From the IMG/VR virus record IMGVR_UViG_3300005573_000145, positions 1 to 43,892 of that record: 43,892 nt of DNA, one strand, 5' to 3'. Below are positions 17,387-27,600 of the stretch, piece by piece. Source of the stretch: a virus. Its lineage: Duplodnaviria > Caudoviricetes. Every line of letters begins with the position of its first letter. The stretch's first letter is position 1. Below the pieces are notes generated by a model. It had not been told where the DNA came from, did no database searches, and was given only the letters and a program-made list of their open reading frames with translations. The position numbers and the translations under genes were made by a program.

Positions 17387-17527
17387 CTCTCTCGGATAAA
17401 CGACGGACTTAGAAGCTATTGAGAACTAAAACAACAACGGTCTTAGATAAGTGTCCTGTCTCATTGGGGTTAAAGAGGCTAAAACCCTGTATAGGCTTTC
17501 CCTATACATTACATTTATCCGAGAGAG
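17387..17527 (-). ncRNA. Candidate structured RNA (four-way junction)
   Basis: Perfect 14-bp closing inverted repeat plus three internal stems; G-U pairs favour the minus strand. Confidence 0.45.
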
Positions 17528-17789
17528 TATTATTTTCATTTTTTTTTAATTCTTTTAGGTATGTCCAAAAGTTTATTTCTTTATTTTCTAATAATTCAAT
17601 ATATCTATCAAATTCCTCAGGAGTTATATCTCTTCCTAATTCTTTTTTAAAAAGGTTTCTTAAATATGCATTTCTTTCATTAATTATTTTTTCTTTATCT
17701 CTTTTATATACTATTTCTACTTTTGGTTCTTCTATTTTATAATTTTCTATTTTTTCTATAGATTTAGTGTTATCTATTATGTATTTCAT
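17502..17789 (-). CDS. Hypothetical protein
   Basis: ATGA-coupled to the upstream RHH-like gene. Confidence 0.6.
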   Translation of the reverse strand: MKYIIDNTKSIEKIENYKIEEPKVEIVYKRDKEKIINERNAYLRNLFKKELGRDITPEEFDRYIELLENKEINFWTYLKELKKNENNTLSDKCNV

Positions 17790-18013
17790 TTTAATTTAGA
17801 TTTAAGAAATTTAAGTTTATTTTCAAGTTCTAATATTTGATTTTCTATCATGTTTATTTCTCTTTTAATTGTAACTGAATTATCAAATTGTTTAACTCCT
17901 TTTTCAGCAAGTAATATGCTCATTCCTATTCTGCTTGCTTCAGTCCAAGATAATTTGTATTGTTTTGCTAATTTATCAAATTCATAAGAGACTGAAATTG
18001 ATTTAATTGGCAT
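17786..18013 (-). CDS. RHH-like protein with coiled coil
   Basis: KSISVSYEFDKLAKQYKLSWTEASRIG then heptad repeat; leaderless after a BRE-TATA. Confidence 0.7.
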   Translation of the reverse strand: MPIKSISVSYEFDKLAKQYKLSWTEASRIGMSILLAEKGVKQFDNSVTIKREINMIENQILELENKLKFLKSKLK

Positions 18014-18033
18014 AGAAATATAAGTAATTCAGT

Positions 18034-18049
18034 ATTTATAAATCTTTCT
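18034..18049 (-). promoter_or_regulatory. BRE-TATA promoter
   Basis: AGAAAGATTTATAAAT ~21 nt upstream of ATG 18013. Confidence 0.8.
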
Positions 18050-18217
18050 ATATAAAGTGTCTTATATAATGGATTTTCTTTTCAACTATTAATAGTTTAT
18101 ATAATTAAATTATATAAAAAGTCAATATAATATAATATATTTTGATTATATAATGAATTTTATATAGAAATGTTTTCAGTAACATTTATAAAGATGTAAA
18201 TATATTCTTTTATTAAA

Positions 18218-18994
18218 ATGAAAGACATAAAAGAGTTTGAAAATAAGATTATACAAGGTGATTGTTTAGAAGTTATGAAGGAGATGCCAGATAATTCAGT
18301 AGATACTATTATCACTGACCCTCCTTATTTTATTAGCCAAGAAGGAAAAAAAATAAGCAGAAAATCATTAAATTCTAAATCTTGGAAAAGAAATATGGAT
18401 GTTAAATTAGATTTTGGAAAGTGGGATAATTTTAAAGATGAACAAGAATTTTTTGATTTTACTGAAAAGTGGTTTAAAGAATGTTCAAGAATCTTAAAGC
18501 CAAAGGGGTGGATATATATTTTTTTTGATAAACAGAAATTGGGTTATTTTGACTTAATTTTGGCTAAAAAATATGGAATTAAACCAAGATGTATTTTTGT
18601 CTGGTTAAAATCAAACCCCTGTCCATCTTTTAGAAAAGTTAATTATTTGTCTGCAACAGAATTTATTTGGATAGGAAGTAAGGGAGAATGTAAATTAAAG
18701 AATTTTCTGCAACAAACAGAGATGTTTAATTATATGATTACTCCAAATAAATCTTCTTATGGAGAAACAAGACATCCAACAGAAAAACCAATTAAATTAA
18801 TTGAAAAATTTGTTAAAACAGGTTCAAATGAGGAAGAAATAGTTTTAGACCCCTTTCTTGGTTCAGGCACTACTGCTATTGCTTGTTTAAAGACAAATAG
18901 AAAGTTCATAGGTATTGAAAAAGAGCCTGAATATGTTGAAATAGCAAAAGCAAGAATTAAACCATATTTAGAACAGAAAAAAATTGATAGTTAA
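18218..18994 (+). CDS. Orphan N4-C/N6-A DNA methyltransferase (beta class)
   Basis: GDCLEVM, TDPPY, HPTEKP, DPFLGSGTT. Confidence 0.93.
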   Translation: MKDIKEFENKIIQGDCLEVMKEMPDNSVDTIITDPPYFISQEGKKISRKSLNSKSWKRNMDVKLDFGKWDNFKDEQEFFDFTEKWFKECSRILKPKGWIYIFFDKQKLGYFDLILAKKYGIKPRCIFVWLKSNPCPSFRKVNYLSATEFIWIGSKGECKLKNFLQQTEMFNYMITPNKSSYGETRHPTEKPIKLIEKFVKTGSNEEEIVLDPFLGSGTTAIACLKTNRKFIGIEKEPEYVEIAKARIKPYLEQKKIDS

Positions 18995-18998
18995 AAAT

Positions 18999-19014
18999 AG
19001 AAAGATTTATAAAT
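18999..19014 (+). promoter_or_regulatory. BRE-TATA promoter
   Basis: AGAAAGATTTATAAAT ~21 nt upstream of ATG 19035. Confidence 0.8.
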
Positions 19015-19034
19015 ACCACATTACTAATATATTT

Positions 19035-19223
19035 ATGGAAGATTTCAAACAAAAAATCCTTGAATACCTGAAAGACGGAGAATGGAAATCAACTCTTAAT
19101 GTTTCGAAGGGAACGGGAATAAACTACTACAGAGTTGAGAGGTTCTTACATCAATTAAAAGAAGAAAACAAAGTAGAGTTGTTTAAAGCAAGTAAGGTAT
19201 TTATGTGGAAGGTAAAACAATAA
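19035..19223 (+). CDS. Winged-helix DNA-binding protein
   Basis: KILEYLKDGEWKSTLNVSKGTGINYYRVERFLHQL...WKV. Confidence 0.75.
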   Translation: MEDFKQKILEYLKDGEWKSTLNVSKGTGINYYRVERFLHQLKEENKVELFKASKVFMWKVKQ

Positions 19224-19224
19224 A

Positions 19225-19776
19225 ATGCCATTTCAAAATAAAGAAGAATTTAGAAGTCCAGAACTTAAAAAGAGAATTATAGAACTAAGAACACAAGGGC
19301 TTACTTTAAAGAAAATTCAAGATAAAATAAAAGAAGAATTCAATTTAGATATTTCCTTACCTACTATTACAAAGATTTATGAAATAGAAATAGCAAAGGC
19401 TTCATTTCAAGCTCCTGAACTTACAACAACAATAAAAACAGATTATAATGAAGTTCATGAAAGATATCAAAAAGTTGTTAAAATGGTAGATGATTTAGTT
19501 AATACTTTTGAAAAACTAAAAAATGAATTGTCTACAGAATCTTATCTAAAATATGCTCCAATAATGATTGCAATATCAAGAGAAGTGTTAAACCAGCTTG
19601 ACTTTATAAGAAAAGAACAAGAAAGAATTACAATACAGCAAAAAAACCTAATCTATTCTCCAATTCAAATAATCAATGTAATAGACAAACAAATAAGAGA
19701 GTATGAAAAAAAAGGATTGATTAAAGTTTTAATGCCTTTACCATCAGAAACAAAAGAAAACAGGGAGGAAGAATAA
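19225..19776 (+). CDS. HTH plus coiled-coil protein (possible terminase small subunit)
   Basis: RIIELRTQGLTLKKIQDKIKEEFNLDISLPTI HTH followed by a helical region; not adjacent to TerL. Confidence 0.5.
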   Translation: MPFQNKEEFRSPELKKRIIELRTQGLTLKKIQDKIKEEFNLDISLPTITKIYEIEIAKASFQAPELTTTIKTDYNEVHERYQKVVKMVDDLVNTFEKLKNELSTESYLKYAPIMIAISREVLNQLDFIRKEQERITIQQKNLIYSPIQIINVIDKQIREYEKKGLIKVLMPLPSETKENREEE

Positions 19777-19931
19777 TGTCCGAATCAAATTTTGACATCG
19801 CTATAAATTTACTAAACAGTAAAATATCAGGATTAGAAGCAAGAATTAGAGATTTAAATAGAAGAATAGAAGAAATAATGTTAAGAATTCAATTCCTTGA
19901 AACAGGAAGTTTACCAACTCAAACAAAATGA
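19776..19931 (+). CDS. Coiled-coil protein, 51 aa (not in ORF track)
   Basis: GGAGG SD; heptad repeat. Confidence 0.55.
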   Translation: MSESNFDIAINLLNSKISGLEARIRDLNRRIEEIMLRIQFLETGSLPTQTK

Positions 19932-19945
19932 AAGGAGGGTTAAAA

Positions 19946-20074
19946 ATGGATAAAACAAAAACAAAGGCAACAGGTTTAGGAAAAGTAATTGGCTATGTAT
20001 TAGGAATGACTATTTTGATTTGGGTTATTTGGCTACTATTCAAAGGAATCATAGCCATAATAAATCTATTTTAA
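19946..20074 (+). CDS. Small membrane protein, 42 aa (not in ORF track)
   Basis: AAGGAGG SD; single hydrophobic helix. Confidence 0.6.
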   Translation: MDKTKTKATGLGKVIGYVLGMTILIWVIWLLFKGIIAIINLF

Positions 20075-20080
20075 TTGAAA

Positions 20081-20338
20081 ATGAAAAAAGAAGAAGTAAA
20101 ATTAACAGAAAGAGATATTGAAATAAAGAAAAATATGTTAGAAGAAGCTCAGTTACAAGCAGATATACTAGAAACAACAATAATCCCAATAGCAGAAAAA
20201 GAAATAGAGTTAAATCTTCCTATGAGAAATGCTCAATATAAGTTAAAACAAAATAAACAACAGTTGGAATTATTAAAGAGAAATATAGAAATACTAAAAA
20301 AACAAATAAAAGAAGGCAAAGAGGTTGTTTTAAAATGA
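20081..20338 (+). CDS. Coiled-coil hypothetical protein
   Basis: Operon ORF, helical hairpin. Confidence 0.6.
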   Translation: MKKEEVKLTERDIEIKKNMLEEAQLQADILETTIIPIAEKEIELNLPMRNAQYKLKQNKQQLELLKRNIEILKKQIKEGKEVVLK

Positions 20339-20778
20339 AAGTTTCAGGAAAAATTACTGGAAAGGAGCTAAATGAAGGAGATACTTGGAAGAGGGCAGTG
20401 TTTGTAATAAATGAACGTAAGTATTCTACATTTGAAGAAGATTATATAAAACAATTTAACACAGGAGATAATGTAGAGTTAGAATACGAAACAACTACTT
20501 CTAAAGATGGAAAATACAAATATAATAACATTATTTCTATGAAAAAAATAGATTTTGTTACTGCAAACAACTATGATAAAGACTTTTATAAAGAAAAGGA
20601 AATAAAAATAGCAAGAATGAATGCCTTAACAAATGCAGTAAACCTTCTTAATCTAATTCCTACAAAAGTAGCAAATGAAAATGAATTAATGGTACTTGTT
20701 AAAGATATTGCTGAGCAATTGGTTGAATATATATATTTTGGAAAAAAGAAAGATGATAACAAGTTTCCAGATTATTGA
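20335..20778 (+). CDS. OB-fold ssDNA-binding-like protein
   Basis: KYSTF...GDNVELEYE...YNNI beta strands followed by an IARMNALTNAV helix. Confidence 0.55.
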   Translation: MKVSGKITGKELNEGDTWKRAVFVINERKYSTFEEDYIKQFNTGDNVELEYETTTSKDGKYKYNNIISMKKIDFVTANNYDKDFYKEKEIKIARMNALTNAVNLLNLIPTKVANENELMVLVKDIAEQLVEYIYFGKKKDDNKFPDY

Positions 20779-21001
20779 AAAAGGGAAATTAAAAATAGTA
20801 TATACAGAAACAGATGGAAGACTTAAACACAATTACACGCAAAGATTAGAATTATTAAATGAAGAATTAATAAAATGGAGTTGTGATTGTGTTTGGGGTT
20901 CTGTATATAGATTTAAATTCTTAGATTCAGATAAATATCCTTGTAGGCATATAAAAGAAATAATTGAATTTCTTAAATTTAATAAGTATATAAAAAATTA
21001 A
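20753..21001 (+). CDS. SWIM Zn-finger protein
   Basis: WSCDC...PCRHI. Confidence 0.75.
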   Translation: MITSFQIIEKGKLKIVYTETDGRLKHNYTQRLELLNEELIKWSCDCVWGSVYRFKFLDSDKYPCRHIKEIIEFLKFNKYIKN

Positions 21002-21028
21002 AAGAAAAGTTGGAAAAGAAAATAATTA

Positions 21029-21382
21029 ATGAACAAAATAAAAGCACAAATAGAAAGAAGAAAAATACTAAACCTGATAAGACCAAGTAATTTACATTCT
21101 GGAGCATTAAAATTCTATTCTAATGAAACAAAAGAACATAAATACAAGAAATTCCTAGTATTTACTAAATTGCAAGAAAATGGATATGAAGTATTTTCTG
21201 AGGTTATTTTTAAATCAGGAAAAAGATGTGATGTTCTAGCAATAAAAGAAGGAAAAGCAATAGGAATAGAAATTCTTGAATCAGAAACAGAAAAAATGTA
21301 TGAAGAAAAAATAAAAAATTATCCAGAGATTATTGAATGGAAAAAAGTAAAAGACTTAAAAGATATAGAAAACCTCATATAA
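21029..21382 (+). CDS. Small PD-(D/E)XK-fold nuclease
   Basis: ETKEH...SEV...RCDVLA...IEI. Confidence 0.7.
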   Translation: MNKIKAQIERRKILNLIRPSNLHSGALKFYSNETKEHKYKKFLVFTKLQENGYEVFSEVIFKSGKRCDVLAIKEGKAIGIEILESETEKMYEEKIKNYPEIIEWKKVKDLKDIENLI

Positions 21383-21554
21383 CGACCCATTCACCATTAA
21401 TTAATCTTTCTACTTTAATCCTTCCGCAAGAATACTTAAATACACTACAATTTATAATCTTGACTTCATGAGGCTTTAAAATTACATAAGCATCGCTAGT
21501 AAATATGCCTATTTCTTCATCTGTTAGATTTTCAACTCTGTATTTTGTACCCAT
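21375..21554 (-). CDS. Small beta-protein paralog A, 59 aa (not in ORF track)
   Basis: MGTKYRVENLTDEEIGIFTSDAYVILKPHEVKII...RIKVERL. Confidence 0.7.
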   Translation of the reverse strand: MGTKYRVENLTDEEIGIFTSDAYVILKPHEVKIINCSVFKYSCGRIKVERLINGEWVVI

Positions 21555-21808
21555 TATTGTTTTCCAGCTTTTTTTATTGCCGATAGCAAGAAGCTTCCAA
21601 GAACGCCCAATCCGCTTGCACTAGCAGGGTCTAAATCAAGACCATACATAGCCGCAAATGACAAAACACCTACTTGTAAAATAGAGGAAAGAAGTTTACC
21701 CCATTCAAATCGGTCTATCTTTCCGTCTTTTGCCGCGTTTTCAAGCCATCCTGCTACACTTCTTATGCCACCAGCAATTACTGGAAGTACCAATCCCCAA
21801 TTTATCAT
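21554..21808 (-). CDS. Holin-like membrane protein
   Basis: 2-3 hydrophobic helices, basic C-terminus, end of late operon, AGGAGGT SD. Confidence 0.55.
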   Translation of the reverse strand: MINWGLVLPVIAGGIRSVAGWLENAAKDGKIDRFEWGKLLSSILQVGVLSFAAMYGLDLDPASASGLGVLGSFLLSAIKKAGKQ

Positions 21809-21832
21809 TTTTTACCTCCTGTTTTTTTATGC

Positions 21833-22003
21833 TCATCTTCCTTCGCTGTCATCTAATTCTTCTACCTTTATTCCTTCTTGTGTAATCACTAAGTTTTCTG
21901 TATCAAAAAATAAATTAATACTATGTCCGGGTCTTAAAATTATATGCTCTCCTGCATGCGTAAATTCAAATTTTTCTTCTGTATTATTTGTAACTCTTTT
22001 CAT
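21833..22003 (-). CDS. Small beta-protein paralog B
   Basis: MKRVTNNTEEKFEFTHAGEHIILRPGHSI...GIKVEEL; start moved to ATG 22003. Confidence 0.7.
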   Translation of the reverse strand: MKRVTNNTEEKFEFTHAGEHIILRPGHSINLFFDTENLVITQEGIKVEELDDSEGR

Positions 22004-22200
22004 TTTATCATTACGTATTTTCCATTTATATATCTTTCTGCAATAATTTTCTCTAAGTCTTTGCCATTGATAGTAATACAGCAATCAGTTTCAAAAATTT
22101 TTTCTTCTTTTGGGTTAATGCAAACTTCTGTTTCTTGACATTCTTTATCCTTGTATCTTATTTTAACAGGTTCATTTGAAATATTTTTTATTCTAAACAT
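22000..22200 (-). CDS. Small beta-protein paralog C
   Basis: MFRIKNISNEPVKI...INPKEEKIF...IIAERY. Confidence 0.7.
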   Translation of the reverse strand: MFRIKNISNEPVKIRYKDKECQETEVCINPKEEKIFETDCCITINGKDLEKIIAERYINGKYVMIK

Positions 22201-22208
22201 TTTAACCT

Positions 22209-24620
22209 CTATACAAACAATCTTATATATGCGTTTGCTTCTATACGCATAGTTTGATTTAATACAAATCTAATATTATGCCATTTTCCTACTAAATTAA
22301 CTCCTGCTATGTTATTTTTAATATCAATAGTAGTTTGGTCAGTGCTAAAAGTATCATAAATTCTATAAACACTAGTATTATTTGGAGGTATAGACCAAGC
22401 ATTTACAGTCAGAGTATTTGAAGTATTTGAAAGTATAATTCTTGCTTGTCCTTGTCCTGTTCCCGATATTATATATACCATTTTATTCTGCCATTGATTA
22501 TTAGTCCATGATTTAGAAGCATCAACAAGAGTAGTAGATGAACCTCCACTAGCAGTTCCAGATTCAAGTTGTTCACTAATACAAGTTTCTTCTTCATCTA
22601 CTCCAGCAAGAACTCCAACATAAGGGCTTGATAAGCTTACTTCTGTAATCCCAAATGCTGTTGAGATAGTATGACTATGATTTCCTTGAGAATCTGTTCC
22701 AGGGCTTGCTGAATCTGTATATCCAGATATATTAACTGTATCAGTATCGCTAAATGTGTGAGTATGCGAAGATGAAGCAACAGTTTTTGAATAAATAACT
22801 GGAATAATATCAGCAAGAGCAGTACCACCGTCTACGCAACAACCCAAGTACAACTCCGTGGCTACATCAGTTACATATTGTAAGCCAGTAGTTGAACTTG
22901 GTCCACTTGTAGTTCCAGAAATGCTGACATTATCACTGTCGCTAAAGTAGTGATTATGGCTACTTACAGTATGACTATGGCTGCCATTAGTAGAAGTTGA
23001 TTGTGTTGAAGAAACATCAGAACGATAGTTTTTAATCTTAAAACTTAAAAGAGCCTCACTTACATTAATAACATCAGAAGGCATATAATATCTAAGATTA
23101 ACATCATGAGTTGCATCTCCATTTTCTTGGGTTTGTATATTCATAATTGAAGAACCTTGAGCATAAACATTAAGGCTATCTGCTACATCTTTGTTTTTCT
23201 GCATTTGTTCTATAAAAGTAACAGAACGATTTGATAATTCCAATTCGCAAGAAATATCTCCATAATCACTTTTATATTCAATTCCTATAATTCTATAGTC
23301 TCCTGAAATTGCTGCTTCTGCATCTTCAACACTCACTAAATCTCCTATATCAAGAGTTTTAACTATAGTATCAGGCTCACTTGGCTTTATTTTAATTGTA
23401 AGAATGGGGTCTTTTCTTTGAAGAAGAGTATTGCTTGCCATTACTTCCATAGTTTCTAAATCAATTAATCCTTTGTTTACATAACTATAATCCATAAGCC
23501 CGTATCTATCTATAGAACTATCAGCTTCTGGAGAAGTATGAGGAACATATTTTTCTACATAAACAGATTTTTTATGTGCTCTTGCTGTTGTTCCATTTGC
23601 TCCTCTTGTACATCCAGTTAAAGTATTTCCTGCTTTTCCAGTATAAGTAACTCTTTCTTCTGCTATTCTTATTTCTCCAGAAGAAGGAAAACTACTTGCA
23701 TCAGCTAATTCTATGCTTGTTTGAGAAGAATTTATATTATTTTTTAAAACAGAAAAAACAGTGCTTGCAGAATATGTAGTAGTAACTAATTGTGATGAGC
23801 CATCTCCAGAACCCATTATTGTTATATAATTAACAAGATTAGAAATGTCTTTTTCTCTTGAAGTTTTCTCGCAATTATCATTTTCCCCAGCGATAGTAAA
23901 ACTATATTGTGAAGTAGTTGCTCTAGTGTTATCTGGTCTTAATGGAGCTATATGAAAATAATGTTCATCATAATTGCTTCCCCCTATACTAACCCACCAT
24001 TCATATGTAGAATTTACATAATTTAATTCTTCTGTAGAACCAGCCATAGCCTCACATAAAGTGCTGATAGCTTTTAATCTTCCAACATTTTCAAATACTA
24101 AAGTTACATTTCCAAAATCTGTAGAAAATAATCCATCAGAAGCAGGTTGTATTATCCAAGGAGCGACTCCATCTGTATTTAAAGAAAGCAACTCTTTTGC
24201 AATAGTTTGTGCAGAAACATTTGTATAAAAGCATTTTTTAAAACTAGACCATTTGGCTGTAGTATTATTATTTTGAGTTAATTCTTTATCCATCAATTCT
24301 GCCTCTAAACCATAGCCTTTTGCAATACATTCATAAGCAGTAGAGTACTCAATATCTTGAATTCTGCCTTTCAAAATTAGAGTATTATCAACAAAGAAAG
24401 CAATATAAGCCTGTTCTTTAAAATATACTTTTTCTTCATCTTGAATATCGTAGATTTTCATTTCAAATTCAGAAGGCTTATTCATAACCTTTTTTACTTT
24501 AAAATAATCATAATGGCTAATATCGTGCCATTCTCCGCTAGAATCTTGCACATAAACCGTTGCTTGTCCAATAGTTCCAAGAGTTGCTGGATGTTCTGGT
24601 TCTTCCCAAAGTTCCACCAT
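22209..24620 (-). CDS. Tail tip/hub protein with fibre-like C-terminal extension
   Basis: Hub-like N-terminal region; Thr/Gly-rich inserts; HxH repeats; downstream of tape measure and distal tail genes. Confidence 0.75.
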   Translation of the reverse strand: MVELWEEPEHPATLGTIGQATVYVQDSSGEWHDISHYDYFKVKKVMNKPSEFEMKIYDIQDEEKVYFKEQAYIAFFVDNTLILKGRIQDIEYSTAYECIAKGYGLEAELMDKELTQNNNTTAKWSSFKKCFYTNVSAQTIAKELLSLNTDGVAPWIIQPASDGLFSTDFGNVTLVFENVGRLKAISTLCEAMAGSTEELNYVNSTYEWWVSIGGSNYDEHYFHIAPLRPDNTRATTSQYSFTIAGENDNCEKTSREKDISNLVNYITIMGSGDGSSQLVTTTYSASTVFSVLKNNINSSQTSIELADASSFPSSGEIRIAEERVTYTGKAGNTLTGCTRGANGTTARAHKKSVYVEKYVPHTSPEADSSIDRYGLMDYSYVNKGLIDLETMEVMASNTLLQRKDPILTIKIKPSEPDTIVKTLDIGDLVSVEDAEAAISGDYRIIGIEYKSDYGDISCELELSNRSVTFIEQMQKNKDVADSLNVYAQGSSIMNIQTQENGDATHDVNLRYYMPSDVINVSEALLSFKIKNYRSDVSSTQSTSTNGSHSHTVSSHNHYFSDSDNVSISGTTSGPSSTTGLQYVTDVATELYLGCCVDGGTALADIIPVIYSKTVASSSHTHTFSDTDTVNISGYTDSASPGTDSQGNHSHTISTAFGITEVSLSSPYVGVLAGVDEEETCISEQLESGTASGGSSTTLVDASKSWTNNQWQNKMVYIISGTGQGQARIILSNTSNTLTVNAWSIPPNNTSVYRIYDTFSTDQTTIDIKNNIAGVNLVGKWHNIRFVLNQTMRIEANAYIRLFV

Positions 24621-24621
24621 A

Positions 24622-27600
24622 TTAATATCCTCCAATTACACTTATTCTAGGTCTCCAAGTTTTTGTAACAGCACAGGAATATTTTGTCCACATCCAAATC
24701 ATAGCAGATTCACCAGGATTAAGTGTTGAAATAATAGTTCTATTTTCTGTAGGAACTAGCATAATTGAATCTGCAAAGTTTCTATAATAATTAGCATAAT
24801 CTACAATACAAGGATGAGTTTCATTAATACTCATAAATATAATTAATGAAGAAGTAAAGTTATTTGTAACATTAAGAATTCCACAAGAACTATTTTGACC
24901 TATAGGTTCAAAGACACCGCTTGAGTTTGTTACATTAAATTTAAAAAGACTAATTCCACAAGATAAATTAACCAATGGTTGAGTGTATTTATATTCTCTA
25001 TTTACAAAAATTGTTCTAGTTGAATTAATAGGGTCTAAATAGTCTGTTGAGTTGCATCTATCTAATTGGTCGCAGACTGTTACATTAAAATAATAATAAG
25101 TAGCATTTTTAAGACCAGTGAATACAATCGATTCTTGATTTGAAGTATGAGTTATTGTAGTGGAATTAAGAAGATTTGTCATATTATACAAATTAAAAGT
25201 TACATTTTTCTTATGAGCTACTGTAGTATTTATTGTTATCGTAAAATTACTACTATTAAGGATGGTTCCATTTGCTGGAGTAGGGTTTATATAATTCCAA
25301 ACAGGAGAATACGGGTCAATACTTATTGTAAAGTTTTCATCAGACCAATTACAAAGACCAATATCGCAGCCATAACAATTCCATTCAAAATTATAAGAAT
25401 TTCCATCATTAAAAATATAATTTGAAAAATTAAATAACCAAGAACTTTGATTTGAAGTTCCAGTTAGATTAGTAGTATTTGTGTATATTAAATTAGTAGA
25501 ATTCCAGATATACAAAGTTAAATTAGAAATTTCATTTACTGAACTAATATTACAAATAAATTCTTGTAAACTTTCACCAGATAAAGTATTATTTTCTGGT
25601 TTATAGAGAGTTATATTTAGTGGTGAAGGGAACGGAGGAAACTGTTCTTGTTCTTGCCCAAAGATATATGTTGGTTCTGGATATGTATATTTTCCAAGTA
25701 ATATCTCATCCCATCTATTTTGACCAACCCCCCCTTCAGTATACCAACGTACTGTATATACACGTAAATCAAAAGTCTGGTTTCCTGGATTTGTTTGATT
25801 TGTAACTGTATGTGTTAATGTTTGATTAAGCACTAATTTTGAAGTTGTCCCGTAATTATAATAATAATTAATATACATGCTATTAAAAGATATATTAGCA
25901 ATATCATAATAAAATGTTCTATTATAAGCACTATTCCCCCATTGTGTTATAGTACGTTGGCTATCCCATATCTCAGAATGAATGCCAGCATTATCTATAT
26001 AAACAGTTGCCCCACTTTCAGAAGCTACTGTTCTTATTCCCTGACGAATAGGATACATTTTTGCTCTTATAAAAAAAGGGGAAGTAAAATTAAATTCAGG
26101 CTTAGATTTAATTCCACCATTAGAAAAGAAGTCTGTTTTATTTATTTCAATTTGCCCAGAAACAAACCCTATTGATAAATCATTAGCACCAGTATACCAA
26201 GTTTCCCATAAAGTAGTATTTAGACTTCCGGCATTAAAATCATCATAGATTAAGAAAGCATTTTTACCATTTGAATTTGATGTTGCAAGATTATTACCAT
26301 AATACATATAAATAGTAGTGTTTGAATTTGCTGTTAATGTTGGAATTTTAACCCATACATAAGCATAATTACCATCAGATTTATTATCTATCCAATAACC
26401 TAATTCTGTGTCTTCATTTGAATTTACAAATCTCAAGTCATCAAAATCACTTTGCATATCGCTATCATAAGCTATATTAAGAAGCACAGAATAGTTAGTT
26501 AGATTCTTTCCTGAATTTTCTGAAATGTTTATTGCTTTCTTTCTTGTCCAGCTGCTATTCCACCAAGCCCATTCGTTTAATTCCTTTGACATAGAAATGG
26601 GAACTAAGTCAATAGAATCTAACGGTTTCTTTTTTGCTACTATCTTCCATTTATAATTTCCAGCAGGCAAAAGTTCATTATTGTATTTTTTCCATACTTC
26701 TTTTGTTTTTATTATTTTTTGAGTTCCTTTTGAAACTTGTTCACAGATATTCATTTTTGTTCCATTTATTATTTTATCCTGACATACTGTAGAATAAATT
26801 GGTTCCTCTTCAAAGTATTCTTCTGTATCATTTATGTAAATTTCATAATAATCTAAATTAATAAGATTATCAAGTTTTGAATAAAATCTTAAACTATCGA
26901 ATAAGGACATTTTTTCATATAATATTGTTTTCCCTTCAGATGCACAATCAATAAGACACTGCTCAGTATGTTTAGTTAAAGAATATTCTGCAATTGTGGT
27001 ATTATAATCGTCAATAATCACTCGTATTACACCATAATTTTTATTAAAATCTGACTTAAAGAATTCATTTACTTTCAAGACATCTTTTTCACTAAATGAA
27101 CTAACTAAAATTGGGTCAAAAAGCCTAGCATTAAAGATTTCATAATCAGAATTAACTTTATATTTAAGTATAAAAGTTCCTTTATTATTTTTATTAGTTA
27201 CAGAAGAATAATAATTTTTCATATCCCATTCTATTTTCATTCTTTTTCCAAAAGAAACAGGAGAAATAAGATTTACTTGATTTTTTCCTGTATATTCAAG
27301 ATTATCAACTTTGTATTGATAAATCAATCCAGAACCATTTATTATTTCAATAGTATGATAAATAGGGAACAACATAACATCATTAATATTTCCTTTAAAA
27401 TAATAGGTATCTCTTATTATTGAATTCTTATAATTAGCAGTTCTAACTATCTTAACTTCGCTTTCATTATAGTAAGTATTAACTACAGTTTCTCCTCTTG
27501 AAATAGATTTAGTTCCGTTATAAAGAGAATTGTATTCTACTCCTGATACAATCCAAGTTCCATTCTGATTTATATAAAAAATAGATTTAGTTTTTTCTAC

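Noticed and set aside
17396-17433. Minus-strand GTTTTAG...AATAGC...AGTCCG...TTATC resembling a Cas9 guide scaffold or CRISPR repeat
   Set aside because: Single copy, fragmentary match, no spacers, no Cas9 and no repeat-antirepeat duplex
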